Source: Lytechinus pictus
Lineage: Eukaryota
DNA length: 64,000 bases
Direction of reading: 5' to 3'
Assembly: GCF_037042905.1 (NCBI RefSeq)
Contig: NC_087245.1
Coordinates: forward strand, 16,246,001-16,310,000
Shown here: positions 35,862 to 49,500 of the stretch, one piece after another
How positions within the stretch are numbered: position 1 is the stretch's first letter
Layout of the letters: each line of letters begins with the position of its first letter
Translations under genes and position numbers: made by a program
The notes under the pieces: generated by a model
What the model was told of the DNA's origin: nothing
The model's input: the letters and a program-made list of their open reading frames with translations, nothing else
Database searches by the model: none

Positions 35862-37764
35862 GTGCAATGTGACTGATTTGTGGTTGCACGCATAGTCTTT
35901 TCAGAAGCCTCATCCATGGAGGTATATAACTCTAGAATTATTGCCTCAATAACTGAATTCAGTTTGTTGCTCTTAGTTTGGGTTATGGATATTGTTTTCC
36001 TTCATTCTAACGGCAATTTGATATTAGGATAAGGTAGTACTTTTCGGCGAAGAAAATGATATGAAGGTATGTTGTATAGATTCATGTTAGGCAAAGATGT
36101 TAGGCAAAGGAAAGATGGGCTCGTAGATAAGGAATTAGAGTATTGTGAATTGAGATTAACCTTAAAGCTTTATCCAATTTACCCATGGTATAATGAAAAG
36201 GAATTTTACCCAAATATTGCCAAAGAGCAGAATACAATAAGTCAGTGTCGTTGTTTGACCCATTTCATTATTCATTCTTGTTTTATTATTCACTACATTT
36301 ATTTCAATTCATTTTAAAAACAGCAATATTTCAATGTAGGCCTATGCAAATTATCAAAATATTATAAATATGAAACATGACAGTAAATAATAAATTGCAA
36401 TAATGAAGTGATCTTTGAACATATTTTGATACAGATTTGTGCTTTTCAAGATAGAGGAGAAGTCTAAATGAACCAAACGGAATCAAAGTGGTTTCAAAAA
36501 TTGATGATTCTTGTCTGCGAATATAACCTCACCTCCATCACATTCTTCTCTTTGAAATAATTGTAACATCCCTTCCAGTAAAAAGGATTCTTTTACATTA
36601 AACCCCAATATACTAGTATGTGGTGCTTAATGAAAAGAGACTATCTTCTGCTCTTTGAATCCACATGCTATTCCTTATATAAATCTTCCTTAGACCTACC
36701 ATACATTTTTTAAAGTAAAAAAAAATCATTTAAGTTTAGCTCTTAGAACTACCATCAAGTATCCACTGCAAATTGTAACTATTTCTTCTTTCAACATTAT
36801 GCTTTTAGATTGCCCGTGGTATTTCATTCTGCTGACTGACTAATGTTGGTATAAAAACCAAACAAATATCTTATATGTTCAAGCAATTTTGATCAAAATT
36901 ATTATGCTTATACAAAGTTAGTGTTTGAAATATGTACATTCATTTCATTTGACAACCACGGAACGTAAGTGTTCTTCTTATTTTTTAACTTGAGGACCGC
37001 CGCGGCTTTGTGCTCTTTCAAAATGAAAAGTAAATTGGTTTATATTAAGCCTGGGTGGACAATAAGAATTTCATAACGATACTTTATTGCGCTTCAATGA
37101 GATTGAATTTTCTTGTATCACATTGCAATTTCCTTTACATTTTTAATATGGCAACTTCAAACAATTTTTTTTGGGGGGGTTGTTTTCACGTGGAAGTGTG
37201 TTGAAACCTTTTCTCCAACTACCAGAACTATTCGTTCATATTGAATTTGTTTCCTGCGATTTACCTTCTCTTTTCTACAGAAAAGCTTTATACTTACTTG
37301 TGAAAACGTTATGTTAATAAAGATATCATGGGAAGTATGCCAAATGATTAAGTATATTTGTCGAATTTGCTCAAATCTTTCTTTAATTTTTTTCTGTACA
37401 ATTGTTTACTTTCACACTAAGTCATATCCTCATATTTTATATCCGTGTAAAAACAATATGGCTTCTTGAAGTGGGTTTAGCCGAAAGTTGCGGCATTTAC
37501 AATTTTTGATAGGTTTCAAATCTAGTATTCAGATTTCAAATATAGTATTTCGATTAATGCAGCTTAATGCATTTGTATTTTTCTATTCAATATGACTTCT
37601 AATGCCTGAAATAAGCTAAACGATTGCCTAAACCATATATTTAGAGTAATTCAAATTTATAGGATTTTATGCCATATTTTATTTAATGTAAATAACATGA
37701 TAGACGGTAATTGTTCTTTTTATGTAGTAGTGAAGTCTGTGAGAGCATACTAATTCTAATTATA

Positions 37765-37812
37765 ATAAGATGATGATATTGATGATGATGATGATGATGA
37801 TGAGGATGATGA

Positions 37813-37846
<34 letters not shown>

Positions 37847-37880
37847 GATGATGATGATGATGATGCCGTTGTTGTTTTTT
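37765..37880. repeat. (GAT)n/(GGT)n microsatellite
   Basis: Read directly from the sequence. Confidence 0.92.
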
Positions 37881-40800
37881 GTATTGATACCAAAATACGA
37901 GAACTTTTTATTTTCAAATTCAGTAATATGAATGAGATTTGTTTTCAGTAATTCAGTGCTGGGCTTTCTTGATGTTTTAAACTGTTTTAGAATGTCCCGT
38001 TGATTTACCACTTATACACTTCTCATTAGAAAGGTGAAAACGAGTGAATTGATATTAAAGGGGTTAAAATTTGACTTTGTGGTCACAAGCACAAGATGCA
38101 TTTAATATGATTACGTTTCAAAGTTCTTTCGAAGATTTTGATTCACAATGCGTCAAGTAATTCTACATTGGAAAGTGCCACTAGTGCTGGAAGAAATCTA
38201 TTTGATCTCAACGTTATTTTCTAATCACCAGATCACGTTGTACTGCACCTTTTTTGAAAAGTGGTTTATTACAATCAAGATATGAGAGCAATTTTTTTTA
38301 AATGCATAATTTAGGTTCAGAATCCAACATACGTTCGTAAGACTGTATCTCTTTTAATTGTATTTTAATCAACGGATTGGCGCAATGGTTGCTTCTATAT
38401 CCATTTGTTTTCTTCCCCCATGAAAGCTACTAGACAACCCTAGCCTTTTCACCACCCCCCCCCCCCCTCTCTTGCTCTCACTCTCTCTCTTCACCCCTGT
38501 CTCTTTCTCCACTTTACCCCTCTCCATCTGTCTCTTTTTCTATGCTTATATGATTACAAATCTATTCTGAAGAGGATTGGCGTTCTTGCTTAAATTCGAA
38601 TCATTTCGTATTGTTTGCCATTCATAGCAATAATGAAAGACCTTTAAGTTTCTGTACGTGCGTTTAAGCATAAAGCTCATCCTGCATGTTAATTAGCAGA
38701 ATGGACAGGTTGTCACTTTTAAGACATATATTTGAAATACTATCATGTTTCTGTTTGATTAAATGATTTTGCGTGATGTGCCTTGTAACTTTGCTACATT
38801 TTGCCAAAGTGTACGGAATAAGAGAAAGAGACGAGTATATGAATATTTTGTGTGTTTTCTTTTCATTTATGAAAGGAAACGGCAAACATGTCTTTTTGAG
38901 TATATCGATATATTTGAAATTAAATTCTGCGTGTACATTCCCTTTTACGGGATAACGATGTGACAATAAGATGGAGTATTGAAATTAATTTTTATTATTT
39001 CAAGAGGCTCCCTTATAGCTATAGGAAATTTGTTTAAGGAACAATTAATTATAAATATTATTTCATCATGTGTACAGCCCGACAATGCCCTAGAACATGT
39101 AATGTATATACTCATCTTGATGCATGGATTTAAATAGACTTGAATTAATGAGGTGCTTTCTGGTGTGCAACTTTTCTTTTTCTTGTTTAAGAAAAAAAAT
39201 CTAGTTTTTATCATTTAGGTGTCGTTATTAGAACTTTGCTGCATTTACTGGAAAAATATTTCTGACATAAAAATAGAAAAAATATCTAACTTTGTCGAAT
39301 AAAAAAAAGTCTTCAACGAAAAGAGTAAATGTGAACAAGTCGTGACTTAGACAGTGATACTCGGAATGATGTCACTTAAAAAATGTGTGAATTGTGGATG
39401 AAATACATGCAAGTTATTAAATGCAATGGTTGTTTTACTGAAACAACCAAAATGTGAATGTATTAGGCCCCATCTTCGAGGTTTTATAGTTATACTTAAA
39501 TAATTGAAAAATTGTGTAAGACCCGTCAATGTAGTGAGCTTGTTTCCAACTTTCTTGATAAGGATAATTTGTGATTAGTTTGGTCTTGTAGACCGAGTTA
39601 GACAGTGTTTTTTTTATAATCTCACTAGAGTTATACACTCTTCCAGGATAGTCCCCTACCCAAACACGGGTCAATAGCATACTTACCAGACATTAATGTG
39701 ATATATTTGAGCAAAACAAATGCAACTGGAATATGACCAGTTGATGACTCATGATTTCGGTTTTTCACCCTTAGGCTCCGAAAAGTAATGATACCTTTAT
39801 GAACATATCATCCAGATAATTAAATGCTAAATACTCATTGGTTGTTGTTGCCTTAGTAATTTTTGTTGAATGTATTTTTGCATAATCACCAGCTTTTGTA
39901 AACTATACGGAAAGAATGAAAAATACAGATTGAAATATATCTGCGCGTGTCCAGTTTCATATTTGCTTAGAACCGGACTGCGCGGATCGAATTTCATCTA
40001 ATTCTTTCCGCCATCCGTCGCATTTTTTAAAGTTCCCAATAAGGAGAAACATAACCTTAAGATATTATTTCTTCTGTGTTCATGATCAAACAAAATAGTT
40101 ATAGTTATCTCCTTTCAGCCTGTTTGTTTGTTTTTATCCCTTAAAATTATATCATTCTAAAAAAAAGGAATCTCCGTGATGGTATAATGACGGAATTTTC
40201 AGATAAAAGAAAATAATCTGCGGATTCTCAGTTGTAGAGGACTGCTCATTCGAAAATTGATTCTTGTCTGATTTTACCGTAGTATTCGCTTTCTCTCAAG
40301 ATAACCATTGAGGCTAAGTTACCTCCAATGTGATTTTAACAACGTTGTCTATTGTTCAACAAGAATGGAAGGTGTCAACAGTTATAAGGGGACAAATAAA
40401 AGCAAATGTTTAAGTGAAATCGGTCTATTATGTTGGATTTATCTTCTTTTAGAGTATAATAAACGTCTTAAGACAGAAAAACTCGGGACTTCTATGGATA
40501 TATTTCACACCCTAGGTACTAGACCCATTTCCCCCTTCAATATGCAAAATAAATCAGATATAGTCATACATAATTAAAATACCCTAAAGATGTAATTAAC
40601 AAGCATGATTGTTTGTCGAAGATGTTTGTCGGTTCAATGCAGTTGAAGAAGCAGCTGCTATAAAACATTAAATAAAACCATCCTATAAAAAATCGCTGCA
40701 TGAAACCGATTTTTAGTCCCGATGTCGGGTCGCAAAAAATATAATTATTTTGCTTCGAGTTTGTCTAATTCATCATCACATTTTCTGTTTCTTTTTTTTA

Positions 40801-41258
40801 CTAGAATTGTTTTATGGGATGTAGACATGGATAGATATTAATAAATATAATTCTTCATGATTCAAACACATTTTCGGTTTCAGTGTTTTAATTTAACAGT
40901 GGTCAGGCTATGTTCTATGAGTGAGAAAGAAAGATAAATATATAACAAATAGAGAGCTATCATTGTTTACAGGTAGTGATGTAGAGAAAGAGGGATATGG
41001 AGACGGTAGATATATGGAAAAGGGAAGATAAGATATTCTCACATTCCGCCCCCTCCCAGATCGGTCTCCCCCCCCCCCTCTCCCCTCCCCCTCTCTATCT
41101 CTCTCCCTCCATCTTCCAACCCTTCCTTCTCTCACTTTTGCCCTCTCTATTTAACCTATATTTCTTTCCCCTCTATCCCTACCCATTCCTTTAGATATAA
41201 TTGTGTGTGATTCCGCATACTACCCCCCCCCCTTATAATATTTGAAGGTTTGAATTAA

Positions 41259-41789
41259 AGGTCAACTCCACTCCAATTAAAAAAGTGGATTGGAATAAAA
41301 TAAAACATCAAACAGTAATAATACTGGAAATTTAATAAAAATCGAATGCAAATAAGAATATTATAGCATCAAAAATTTAGTTTGTGTGGTAGGGTGTGTT
41401 GGTGCGTGTGTGTGTGTTATTTTGTACTAAGCAATGCAATGCACAGCACATTGAAATGCAGATGATTCGATGTCAATACCCACTCGCTATTTCATTCGTA
41501 TAGAATATTCTTTATGAAGAACAATGGATTTCAACCGTAGCAATCCAACATTTCCAGGGAAAATAATCACTGTTTCACTTTATAATGAAGAAAAATTAAG
41601 ATATATCATTTTTTTTATGAAATTCAAAAGAAATAGTAAGTACGTGACGTCGCGAGGAGTTGTTTGTTCCTATGCATAATTTTAGAACTGTTTGTGATAT
41701 CAAGCGCAACTTAACGTCATGACATTTTCAGCGTTATGATTTTTCTCTTTTCATTCAAATATACTTTTTTGTTGGGGTTGACCTGCCCT
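41259..41789. mobile_element. Degenerate TTAA-flanked (Kolobok-like) non-autonomous element
   Basis: TTAA|AGGTCAACTCCACTCCAA ... TTGGGGTTGACCTGCCCT|TTAA; imperfect TIRs. Confidence 0.5.
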
Positions 41790-42068
41790 TTAATGCGTGG
41801 TTCCGCCTTCCCATGAATTTCGTACATTTTTAAAAACATTCCTTCAAAATTCATCAATTTACTGGTGACTTTCATTATCTACACTGCAAAAACTCCGGTG
41901 TTGATTTAACACCATATCGGAATCTATTATGTCCACACCAGAGAAGTATTGAAACGAAACCAGTTTGGAATCGAACCGATGCCGTTTCAAAACTAATTAG
42001 TGTTGTATGAACACCTCTCTGGTGTTTATACAACACTAACTGAGAGCTGCAGCAATATAGGCTTGACC

Positions 42069-42828
42069 CAGAGGCGTCGATCCTGGGGGGGGGGGGGGGG
42101 GGGCAGGGGGGCGATCGCCCCACCAATGAACATATTGGGGGGCAAACATATCGTTTTGCCCCCCCCCCCCAAATAATTCCACATGTGCAAAAAATAAAAT
42201 AAGATTGTAATGTTACACAGAAATCAGCAAGCGAGATTGAGATACACAACTCGTTCTTTAATTAAAATCGTGCTCAAAATGTCCGCTTTTCAGATTGGAA
42301 TATAAAAAAATTTCAGCTCGCGCTTCGCGCTCGCATCGTTTCTGTAGCAAAAACCCATACTTTTCATGATTAAATAGTTGAATAGAATGTCCCGTTTTCA
42401 GTTCTAAACCTCAAAAGAACTCCCGCTTCGATTTGCAATAATCTTATGTTGGATATTTATATCTTGTTCTTTATTAAAAACGTCCATTAAACTCAATTTT
42501 TTCAGATCGAAATATCAAAATTTTCAGCTCGCGCTTCGCGCTCGCATCTACTGTTTTTTTAGATAACCATCTTAGCTATTGGTACCAAAAATGCTTAGAA
42601 TATCAAGCTTTCAGGTCAGAATATAAAGAAATTTCAGCTCGCGCTTCGCGCTCGCATTAATTTGTTGGTGGGATATGTGCATGTCTCCACCTCGTGGGTC
42701 ATATATATATATATGCATATGTGTGTGTGTGTGAGTTTGTTTGTTTATGTGATCGAGCGCCTTATTTGGAAAGTTGATTCATGATTTTGCCCCCCCCCCC
42801 CCATCTGAAAAATGGATCGACGCCCCTG
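42069..42828. mobile_element. hAT-type MITE inserted in a palindromic element
   Basis: TIR CAGAGGCGTCGATCC...GGATCGACGCCCCTG; exact 8-bp TSD GCTTGACC at 42061-42068 and 42829-42836; three internal copies of TTTCAGCTCGCGCTTCGCGCTCGCAT. Confidence 0.9.
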
Positions 42829-42991
42829 GCTTGACCTTATGAATTTGGCCAAAACTGTTTTCAGAAAGGAAACAATTTTGGCCAAATTCATAAGGTCAAA
42901 CCTATATTGCTGCAGCTTACTGTTATTGTTTTGATTTTCCTTTATATTAATCGGAAGGTCAATTAGATCGGGTTTGCCCTAGCCACAAACC

Positions 42992-43064
42992 GTCTCTCTG
43001 ATCTAGTGGTTAAATCACAAGTGTTCTATAGCTGGTGACTCGGGTTCGATTCTCGGCGGTGACA
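42992..43064 (+). pseudogene. tRNA-like relic (pseudogene or solitary SINE head)
   Basis: A box TGATCTAGTGG, B box GGTTCGATTC, T6 run just downstream; acceptor and anticodon stems pair poorly. Confidence 0.45.
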
Positions 43065-46000
43065 TTTTTTGGGCGGCCATACCAAATTATTTCAAAAGGA
43101 AGGATAAGCTCTTGGGAACTTTGATTTAAGTTTCGCTTCCCAGTATTCTCTAGCCCCATATCGTTCACAACATATTTAAATCTCCAAGCATGGTACTTGT
43201 TCCTGTTTTGTGTGTGTGTGTGTGTGTTTTTATACCTACAGCAATTGCTTCTTGAACACAAACGTGCAAACTTCCATGAAAACACAAAACTAAGAGAACC
43301 CAAATATAATGTTACAAAATGTCTGTATAGACATTTATTCCAAACTTGATATATTATACACAATATTTTCAAAATTACATATCTATCTAATAAATAGGCA
43401 CATATTGAATGTATACAAGTATAAAGATGACTATACAGTTGCCAGAAAAGGGGCTTTCGTTATGGTACCTTCCAGCTGGCTTTTATCTCTTTGAAGAAAA
43501 AAATGTCAAAAAATGCACAACAAGCGCAACCTAAAAATGTGACACTAACCAAGTATCTATACTGCAAGAAAATCTAGTTTCAATCCCGTTGATAAACTGC
43601 CATTATCATTGTTTTATAGGATGCGCTTCGTCTGTTCACATGTACACGAAAACTTCAACGGAATACCTCAGTATGAAATAAACTTATTTGGGTAAGCCAG
43701 GAACCATTGCCAGTTTTTTATACAATCATTTGATACATTGCGTACAACTAGACATTGGCCGTGTCAGATGTTAGGCTTCCGTTTACAAACTGATGGCATC
43801 TGATTCGAGAAATAACTATTCAAAATAAAGATAAACATATATAATTTTCTTCTCTAATTCACTGTTAAGAAAGATATGTTATATGAAGCACAGCATACCC
43901 AAAAGCCTGATACAAGAAAGTAGAGAAGTGTGTAAATACTGGCTATTACACATAGTCATTATTTCATATTCATTACAATAGTCAGTTGGAATGAGACTCT
44001 ATAATAGTTCTATCAATAGATAATTGGCTGTGGAAAACCCCTTTATCAAACACTGTCAATTCACGTGATACAATTACCCCCACATTATAGCGACTGACAG
44101 CCAAGATGCAATGACTTGGCTCGGAACTTGCTTGACTTACCTCCGCAAAGCACTAATTTTTCAACCTTCGAAAGCCGTTTTTAGTAATAAACTGTGCTGA
44201 AAATCCTTTCTTTGTGTTGAAAACTCAAATTTTAGTCGCCCGCCAAAAGAGGGCATTCCTTAAAGTTCGCCCAACTTTGATCTGGAGTTCCCTTTATATT
44301 TTATTTTCTTCAAACAGTCCTTTATAGAGGGGCTTTCCACAGTGGCCACATCTGTAATGTACTCAATGCATTCCACTATCGTTTTCTCTACCTACGTGCA
44401 CCGGTGCAGGTCTGGGAAAATGAGACTATCTACACAGCATGTGCGTCATAATTTTATCCTCTGATTTTTTTCTCTTCCTCTCTTTATTATTTTTTTTCCA
44501 GTTTTGCAATTTTTATACATATTTTTCTTTAAAATGTCAGACAGACATTTTGTTGTTTCATTTTCACATAGAATTCTACAACATATAATGCACATGGTTA
44601 TCTATGGCACAGTATTCCCTGTTGATTATCTGTTCGGTTCAATCTGTACATTCGAGTTTCGAACCATCTAACTTGCTGCAGGTATTCAATACACACCCAG
44701 ATATGGAAGACTCCAAAAAATGTCTACAAAACCACAAATTCACATTTAAAAATCACTTTGTCCCTTAATGATTTTTATAACTTTCACGTAAAAATGATAA
44801 AATACATCACAAAATATGAAAGAAAACAAAAGAACAATGGAAAGAAGAAATTATTTCGTGCGTTTTCGGTTTTTTTTTTCTGTATCCATCCGATTGATTA
44901 CTGGAAAGAACAAAAAAGATTAAGGGGATGAAGAATTAAACAATTTCAGAAAAAAATGGGGGGATGTTGTTTTATGTTGTCATGATGAAATCCAAAGTTG
45001 TTTTGACGCGTTATGCGTTATAAATGACCTAATTAATAGAATCATTATGAAAAGGTTGTAAACTGGTTGAATAGATTGAAATAAGTTGAAATAAAATAAT
45101 GTTGTATGCCATTATTTCAGGATTGTTAGCATTTTCAGATTTAGACAGCTGTTGAATACAAATATTCAATCATAAATGCATTTTAAAAAATCTAGTCTTT
45201 CACTCAGTCTGCTTAAGAGCAATAAAATCAAAATGTCAATCAATAAATCAATTATGGAAAGTTTTGCATCTAGCAAATTCCATTATAAAAAGAGAGGTAC
45301 GTGTTTTGTGAACCATCCGCACTTCGTAATATGAACCACTAAAATACATCGGGAAAATCCACTGAACACATTTCAAAGATCATTATTATCATAACATAAC
45401 TGTTAAGACAAGCCCTCTCCTCTTTATAAACGGTTCCAATTAAATAACTGTTGGAAAGGTATTCCAAAGTTAGGCATATCTCAATTGTAAGCATCAAAAT
45501 GATGAATCGTCATTTAAGGCAGGAAATTGCCAGAAGTTTGAAAATGATACTCATCATGCTTGTCCAAATGTTAATTGGTAATTAAATATAAACCTGTTTA
45601 GGGTAGTGGATTTGAACACCAATATTGACCAATGATTAAAAATATTTGGGATATCATATATAATTGAGAATGAAAACTTTCTTTACCAGCCCTTCTCCTT
45701 TACTACCCCCCCCCCCCCTCTTTCTCCCTCTGAAAATTTCACGCTCCCTCACTATTGTACTTTAAACCGTACTCTCTTTCTCTCCAACTAAATCATTATT
45801 AACAGCTTTGTTTTTTCATTCCTCATAATTAATTTGTGTGATAATTATCGCATTTCTTATCTCCGTAATACAGTGCACCAATATTGATCGGTGATAAAAT
45901 AACTACCAATGAAATCAATCGTAAAAATCCGTCATAAATTAATTACTAAGTTTTTGGGTAACAAGGCCTTGGAATTAATGAGAGATCGATCTCTCAATCA

Positions 46001-46529
46001 AAACAAATACTCCTCATCCATCACATGATAATATTTAAATAATAAAGCTAATAACAACATCGAATCATCCTGGCAATAAGAAAATCGATTGTGCTCGACA
46101 TGTCAACTTCAAAAATAAAAACTGGCAAACATTTTCAAGTCAGGTTAGCGTGTTGGTTGAAATTGATTACATAAGTACATGGTAGGAGTTTTAGATTTGA
46201 TCTAATAGCAGAGGTCCAAAGTCACTTTTGTTTCCAAAGAAATGGAATATGTTAAATATGTTTCTCATCTCGTTTCAATCCAATTGCCGCCACCCTGACT
46301 TCAAAGTGAATGCCTCCACGTCCGTTCTAATATTGGAAGAAGGAACTCCAACAGCGGATGAAATTGTATTGTCATTGGAAGACAAGTGCAGTCAGAATCC
46401 GGCCCTTTCTGAGTAGGTGGGCGGGGTCTTGTGCCGAAGAATGTATCCTTGACAACTGATGTAATACTCATTGTACAATCTCACTCGCTTGTTCTTGTAA
46501 ACGCGTGTTGAAATCAGTGGTGATGGCAC

Positions 46530-46580
46530 TTAGATAATTCGCTTTACACGTATCATGGCTCTTACAGCATTGAAAGCTTT
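46530..46580 (-). CDS. MYLK: MLCK terminal exon: CaM-binding helix end
   Basis: ttgcag|KAFNAVRAMIRVKRII*. Confidence 0.87.
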   Translation of the reverse strand, partial: KAFNAVRAMIRVKRII

Positions 46581-49500
46581 CTGCAAGGCAAAAAGGAATA
46601 AATAAATAATAATAGGAAAACAGCAAAACAAAATTAAACGTGTTGTAAAAAATGTGCAATGACGTTAAAATGAATACAAATTTAGGGCACGAGTTTTCTT
46701 ATTTTCAACAACGTCATTATTCCCCAAAGATTATAGATGTGCCGATTAAACAATGCCGTCAAGACAGATTTCTGAACAGTAAGTGGATGAAAAAATATCC
46801 TAGTCGAATACTCTGTCCACGCATGCGTAAACGGTAAACCCTACCGGGCTTCATGTTTTGGTTTTAATGATGTTGTCCGGACAAATAGTTAAAATAATTC
46901 GTGGAAACAAATCAGTCTTCGAATGTTGAAATCAATCTTCAAGTCTTGGACTTGCCCTTTGTCAAACCTTCGCCTCAATTTCAGGTAAAATGGAGAGAAA
47001 ATCTGTGATTTTTTTTTTTCGCATTGCGGTAATATTGCCACTGTAAGCACAAGGACTGTCACATTGCGTTATGCTGACGAGATGCTTCGGTCCTTGCGAA
47101 TAATGTTACAGCTTTACTATTTTATGATATGTGTTTTTAGACGGAATAAACTTTGTTCTGATGCGTCAAGACGCAGAGAAGAAAAATGTGTTGTAAGAAA
47201 TATAATTTAGTGTCTCGGGCATGTTTGATCTACAGGGAATTATGGATTATAAATGTTAAAAATAGCCTTAAGAGTTGATCCAAGCGTTCGAATTTTCATG
47301 AGGTCTTTGATGAAATCCTAAATAAATCTTACAAAGCAAACTATGTGGTGTTAATAGAGGACCACATCAGTTATTTTACACCGGTGTTTAATTGACAGTG
47401 TTAGCTTAACACCTATAGGTGTGTTAAAACACATTTTGTTGTTACATTTACACTCTTTTGACTTATATTCAATCTCTAGGGTGTAATTTTAACACCTCAG
47501 GGTGTGGTCCTCTATTAACACCAACCGGTGTCAGTTATAACAGTGTATATTGGCGTCGGGTACATAATGTCTGCGAAATACAATTTAGTGTCCCGATGCA
47601 TGTTTGGTTGTACAAGGGATAATGAAATGACTAAAGTGTGTCACACTCACCTGCCATCTCCTCTTGATGATATATTTCTTCAACCTAGCCTTAGATAGAG
47701 CTGCACCAGTACCTACATTCTTCTTCGTTAGCCATTCAGCTTCTAAGCATTGATTAGCTGACAGTCTATCACTGAAAGTATCAGCAAGAAAGTTGAAAGA
47801 TAAGTTAAGATCAATGCAGCAAAAATAATTTTGCCATCCAGATGGTAATTCAAAATAGTCGATTTTACAATAACTGTATGATTTCATGATATCATTTTTA
47901 TATCGCTTTTGTTTCCTACACGAGTGAACATGACCAATAAACTCATGTTGAAGTCAGTCAATGTAGTTTGACATCATTAAAGGTGGATCAATGTCAGGTC
48001 CTTCCCATTTTTTTTTTTTATAAAGGGGCGAGAATACGTCAAATACTTTAATACTTATATCGCGAAGGGTTGTTTGTATTTTTTTGCATTTTGAATTTGA
48101 AAAAGATAGAATGAGTATCATGGCAGTTTAGGTCCCGTTTTATTTCTTATACTTGTAAATGATGCTGTATGCGAGTGGGATTCCAGATGGAAGTACGTTG
48201 ACGATTTAACATTGGGAGAAATAGTTAAACGTAACGGAAATTCCTCTTTACAATCGTCACTTGATTGTCTCTCAAAATGGTGTACTGATAATGATGTTCT
48301 CCCCAAACCATCTAAATGTAACCTTATGCCAATATCCTTCCTCAGAAACTCTGTACCCTGTATTGATTTCCACCTTAACTTAACCCCACTCAATGTTGTC
48401 GAAAGTATCAAACTTCTAGGAGTTACACTTCAAAACGATCTCAAATGGAACCTACACATTGAAGAAATCGTTTCCAAAGCATCACGTAGGTTGTACACCC
48501 TCTGTATTCTAAGGAGATCGAAGGCAAGTTTGGCTGATATGGTGACTGTATACACTACATGTATTAGGCCAATTCTCGAATATGCTTCCCCCGTCTGGCA
48601 CACTTCTATCACAATCAAAGAATCTGATAAACTGGAATTTGTTCAAAAGCGGGCACTCAAAATAATTGTAGGATATGACATTCATTACTCTGATGCTCTG
48701 GTATTTAGCAAACTCACTTCACTATCTTCCAGAAGGGATTCACTTTTATTAAACTTTGGACAGAAATTGATGAACTCTGATCATCAAAAACACCTACTTC
48801 CAACACCAAGGTCCATTTCTTGTACTAGACAATTACGCAACATGACTGGTTTCCCCACAATCAAATGCAATACTGAAAGATACCGTAAATCCACCATTCC
48901 TCACCTTGCAAAGATTTTGAAGTAGTTTTCCGCAATTCCTGTATTTTGATTATATAGCCATTCCTTGTCACCATTTCAGCCCACTATCCTTCTGTCTCCT
49001 TTTTTGGTAGTGTTGTTACAATGTAAACTTACTCTCTTACCATATTTTTTTTTCTCCCTCTTTCCTCTTTCTTTCCCTTTCCTATAGTACTATTTTCCTT
49101 ACCTATTTGAGTCCTATCCCTTACACTTTTCTCTTTTTATTTTCTTGTCTGTCCCTCTTTCTTTCTTTACATCCTTTCTTTAGCTTTCTATCGTTTTTTT
49201 GTAGGTAAGGCCTACGTACATGGACAATTTGAAATGATTACAGTTATTGTCTTGCTAAAATGTATTACACTACTTGTTCTTATGTTGAATCTATTTATAT
49301 ATATAAATCATTTTGTATCTCATATAGGATATTCATATTTTTATGTAGTGTCAATCATAATTGACAGTATTTTGGCTTCTATGTTCTCCATGTCACTCTC
49401 CACTTCTTCACCACTTTCTGTTTTTCTCTCTACCTCACTCAATTTTCTCTTTCTATTTGGAGGACATACTCCCTCTCTCCCTCTCTTTCTTTCCATTACT

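Noticed and set aside
35900..41200. Possible gene between the two kinase genes
   Set aside because: Only short AT-rich ORFs with no domain signal or consistent exon chain.
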